The position numbers were made by a program, and so were the translations under genes. A DNA stretch of 63,304 nt, the filler included, from Octopus bimaculoides (taxonomy: Eukaryota), in assembly GCF_001194135.2 (NCBI RefSeq). It is 5 parts of 5 records of this genome, joined end to end, with 100 filler letters (N's around TTAATTAATTAA, not from the genome) between each part and the next. Parts side by side here need not be neighbours in the genome. Positions count along the whole stretch, not along the records: positions 59,381 to 61,015 come from NC_068982.1; positions 61,116 to 63,304 come from NW_026401784.1; 3 more parts are not named here. One strand, written 5' to 3'. The notes under the pieces are model-generated. The model was not told the origin of the DNA. It did not search any database and worked only from the letters and a program-made list of their open reading frames with translations. Positions 59,381-63,304 of this stretch are shown here, piece after piece (position 1 is the stretch's first letter; every line of letters begins with the position of its first letter).

Positions 59381-59614
59381 ACATACATATGCGTCCTGCC
59401 CTACTCTTCGAAACGCCGGTGTTAAAATGGGTGTAGCTGATGAAGGAAAATGTTCTCTATGTGGCCCGTGTGTTTTCTGTACTCTGGTTATTATTATTTT
59501 CTTGTCTACGTTTTGTTTGCAATGTCCTGTACCCAGATATGTACCTATATATACAGGTAGACGTAGGTATGCACATACCTGTACGTATATATGCATATAC
59601 TCATTTATTATTTG

Positions 59615-59654
<40 letters not shown>

Positions 59655-59994
59655 GTTTTTTTAAAATTATACACACACACACACACACACACATATATAT
59701 GTATAGGTATGTCAAATTTTCCGTTTGTTGTCTTTTTATTTAATCTTGAAAATATTATCTATGTAGCGCACGTTCTCCTTAATTCTTTATCCATTAATTC
59801 TTTACACAGCTTCTCTTCTCTTTCTTAAATCATTATATCAGGTCTGATGTACTTACATTTATTTGAGGTCTTCACTGGGACATTCCACCACTAATCCTTT
59901 TTATGACTTCTACCATATTGTGGGTTCTTAATTTTCTTTGTCATCGGGGTTATCCTTCCGACGGATTTCATTATAGAGTGTCCTAGCTACAATA

Positions 59995-59996
59995 TC

Positions 59997-60028
<32 letters not shown>

Positions 60029-60138
60029 TGTATGTATGTATGAACGAATGTATGTATGTATATATGAGGGACAGGTAAATAGATAGATAGATAGATAGAT
60101 AGACAGACAGACATACAGATAGATAGATAGATAGATAC

Positions 60139-60182
<44 letters not shown>
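59995..60182. repeat. (TATG)n and (GATA)n microsatellites
   Basis: Visible runs. Confidence 0.93.
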
Positions 60183-61015
60183 ATGGATGTACTTATGTAT
60201 AAATATATGCGTGTATGAAGTGATTTTGTTTTCTTAATTGCATATTCTTCTTTTACCAGTCAGTTTGATATTATGTAAAGTATATTGTTTTGGCCAATTC
60301 TTCTCCTCATATAACTGACCTTCAGCTTTTAGAACTTTGGAAGTCTGACTCTATTGTTGTTCTCGTATTCATTTCCTCTTTGTTTTCCTGTTTTCCTGTC
60401 TTCCTCCCCTTCTCTTCTGCTGCCTGCTTTATTTATCCTCATTAATAATATTAAAACTAGTTATTATTAATATCTGTTTTTGTTAATAATAGTGACGTGG
60501 GACGGACGCTTGACGACTTTATTGAATCAGAGTACGTTTATTATATTAACCTGAAATAGAAATCTACGTATTATTAGCAAATAAACGAATGTAGTAATTT
60601 TTACACCAATTCTTACACACACAAACATGCACACACAGACACACATAGAAATACATATATGTAAGGGACGACCGTGCGAACTCATAAAAGGAGAAATGGT
60701 GACGAATGGAAAAACAGAGGACTCCTTTTATTTAAACGTGTCACACGGTCGAACATACAATAGATATATCGATGATGATATATATGATATGTTATGCGAC
60801 GATAACATAGATGACCAGTAATGAAAGACCACAACCGTATTAGATGAATAACAGAGATATTTATTATGGCGTTAAAGATGTATGTCTGTGTGTGAGTGTG
60901 AATGCGACATATAAGAACATAATCAAAGACAGGCCGTCATACAAAGTAAAGTGTGTATGTGAGTGATACATGTGTGTATGAGAAATATTACAGCAGAGAG
61001 AAAGAGAGTCAATAA

Positions 61016-61115
61016 NNNNNNNNNNNNNNNNNNNNNNNNNNNNNNNNNNNNNNNNNNNNTTAATTAATTAANNNNNNNNNNNNNNNNNNNNNNNNNNNNN
61101 NNNNNNNNNNNNNNN
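61016..61115. other. Artificial scaffold linker N44-TTAATTAATTAA-N44
   Basis: Same structure. Confidence 0.97.
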
Positions 61116-61199
61116 TATATATATATATATATATATATACATATTTATATATCCATATCTTTTGATATGTATGTGCGTGCACCCAACTGTGGGTGTGCA

Positions 61200-61400
61200 T
61201 GTGTGTGTATATCTTTGTGTCTATGTCTGTTCCCCCCTCCCACCACTTGTCAACTGGTCAGTATGTGTTCATGTCCCCATAAGTTAACGGTTTGGCAAAA
61301 GGGGCCCTTAGAATAAGTCCCAGGCATTAAAATATTAAGTTCTTCTTCAATCTGGTGCCCCAGCATGGCCACAGTCTTAAAAATGTAAAGAATGAAAGAT
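61200..61400 (+). mobile_element. SINE family 1, 3' half
   Basis: (TG)n..CCACCACTTGTCAACTGG..GGTGCCCCAGCATGGCCACAGTC. Confidence 0.7.
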
Positions 61401-62140
61401 ATACACAATTGAGGTTGTTTGTTTTGTTAGAAGAGTGAATGTGTGTATAAATGGGTGTGTATAAATGGGTGTATATAAATGGGTGTATGAGTGCACATGT
61501 TTGGAAATCCCAAAACTCAAAGAAATACGTACAATGAATAAATTTTGTGTGTGAATGCGAAGTAAAAGTTTTTAATGGTTGTTATTTTTACACTTGGATA
61601 AGCATTCACATAAAATGCTTAGAAAGCTTTTGTTGGATTTAAACATCCTCAACAAAGAGCCTGGGAAAATTTTAATTTAAAAACATTTTCTCAGTATTAC
61701 TGTGTGTGTGTGTGTGCGTGTGTGTGTGTATACATGCATGTGTGTATGTATGAATATATATGCATATATCAAGGTGTATATTTGTGTATATATATAACCA
61801 TGTACATATATGTTTGTGTACATGTGCCTATGCAAGTGTATGGATGCGTATAGTTAATGTTTGGCACTTATGATCCTAAGATTGAAGTTTCAATTCCTAG
61901 ATCAGGCAATACATTGTTTTCTTGAGCAAAACCCTGCATTCCACTTCCCCAGTCCATTCAGCTGATAAAAATGAGGAATCCAGTGATGGCCCACCACCCT
62001 GTTCAGTGGGGAAATATATACACAACAGAATCTGAGAAACCGGCCTTATGAGTCAATGACTTGAGATGTAAGAGTCAGTGGCTTGGGAAAGTTTTGATCC
62101 TGTTTCATCATGTCTGTATATATATGTATGTATGGATGTA

Positions 62141-63304
62141 CCGGGGTTGGACAAAATAATGGAATCACCTTAAAATTTCAGACAAATTTGCTTTAATATG
62201 GGGTAGGACCACCTTTAGCAGTAATTACAGCTTAAATTCTATGAGGTATGGACTCATACAAAGTTTGAATTGTTTCCAAAGGAATTTTTGTCCATTCTTC
62301 AGCTAAAACAGTCTCTGGTTCTTGTAGTGATTGTTTTTCTAAAATGCACAATAAATGTTCAATAATAATGAGATCTGGGGACTGTGGAGGCCAGATAAGA
62401 TGTGCAACTAGAATGTTCCTCGTGCCATTCAGTAACAACTTCAGCTGTGTGAATTGGTGCATTATCATCCTGAAAGATTGCATTTCCCTCCAGAAACAGT
62501 TCCACAACCATAGGATGAATATGATCAGACAAAATGCTTACATAGTCTTAACTATTAATTCTGCCATGAAGGGAAACCTTTGGGCTGCTGGATTTCCAAG
62601 ATATAGCACTCCAGATCATCACAGATCCTCTTCCAATGTTTAACAGTTGGAAGAAGGCAGTCTGAATCAAATGCTTCTTTTGGCTGTTTCCACACGTATA
62701 CTCAGCCGGTGGTGGGAAATTGAGTAAAGGATGACTTGTCTGAGAAAATAACATTCTTCCATTGCTCTAGGGACCAATTCTCTAGATTTTTGCTCTGCTC
62801 TTTATTTTTGTAAGCAGTGGTTTTCTGATTGCAGCCCTCCCATGAAATCCAGCCTTGTGCAGCTCCTGGCCAACAGTTTTTGTGGAAACTGGGCTCTAGA
62901 GGTTGTCATTAAGCTCTGCAGTAATTTTGGGAGCTATACTTTTGTGATACTTCTGTGTCCAACAGTCTCTATATGAAAGTTTGGGTTTTCTTCCAGAGTT
63001 TTGTTTTGACGAGGATGTTTTCCCTTTTTTCTTAAAGGCTGTGATTACTTTCGAGACAGTAGCTCTTGATACACCAGACATTTTGTCTACTTTCATTATG
63101 CTAGCACCTGCCATACGAGCACCAACAATTTGACCTTTTTGAAAGTCCGATAGATCTGTCATTTTAATGGTTTTTAATTACCTTTTACTGATGATATCTG
63201 AAAAGAAACAGCCATTTTAGCAAAGCATATTAAGCAACACCAATTAAAAAATTAAAAAAATATAAAAATAAACAAGCTTTTGATGGTTTTATAGATATTT
63301 CAAA
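62141..63304 (-). mobile_element. Tc1 (DD34E) transposon, decayed, extends past the window end
   Basis: TA|CCGGGGTTGGACAAAATAATGGAATCACC TIR. N-terminus MTDLSDFQKGQIVGARMAG..VSRATVSKV..SGRKPKLS; C-terminus WPPQSPDLIIIEHL..EEWTKIP..LYESIPHRI. Confidence 0.9.

Noticed and set aside
59405-59460. Hammerhead-like GAAAC..CTGATGA in a (TA)n-associated repeat
   Set aside because: The core boxes are in type II order, but stem I cannot pair and stem II is weak. No valid fold was found by eye.

Overview
Repeat-dense animal genomic DNA. The SINE families, Dong/R4, RTE and Penelope fragments and heavy microsatellite load point to an octopus; this is inferred from remembered repeat families, not from a search. 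The window is not one locus. Four identical 100-bp linkers (N44-TTAATTAATTAA-N44) split it into five joined pieces: 1-24274, 24375-44423, 44524-59280, 59381-61015 and 61116-63304. The only well-supported host gene is seven minus-strand GT-AG exons in piece 2. They splice in frame to 1196 nt (about 398 aa) encoding the Roc GTPase and COR region of an LRRK1/2-like ROCO protein, cut at both ends by linkers. Its Roc G3 motif reads WEFSQ instead of the canonical WDFAG, so it may be an atypical or pseudo-GTPase. The rest is mostly transposon debris: a Helitron, two mariners, Tc1-family pieces, Dong/R4, RTE, CR1-group and Penelope-like retroelements, a solo LTR, MITEs and three tRNA-derived SINE families. 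Other notable items are a CpG-decayed minimal hammerhead ribozyme behind a Penelope GIY-YIG fragment, apparent CpG loss concentrated in the gene-bearing piece, inverted SINE pairs around COR exons, a perfect 54-bp inverted repeat, and speculative unannotated exon and promoter signals. I found no clearly new multi-gene system. All coordinates and alignments were read by eye, and repeat boundaries are approximate unless TSDs or TIRs are quoted.
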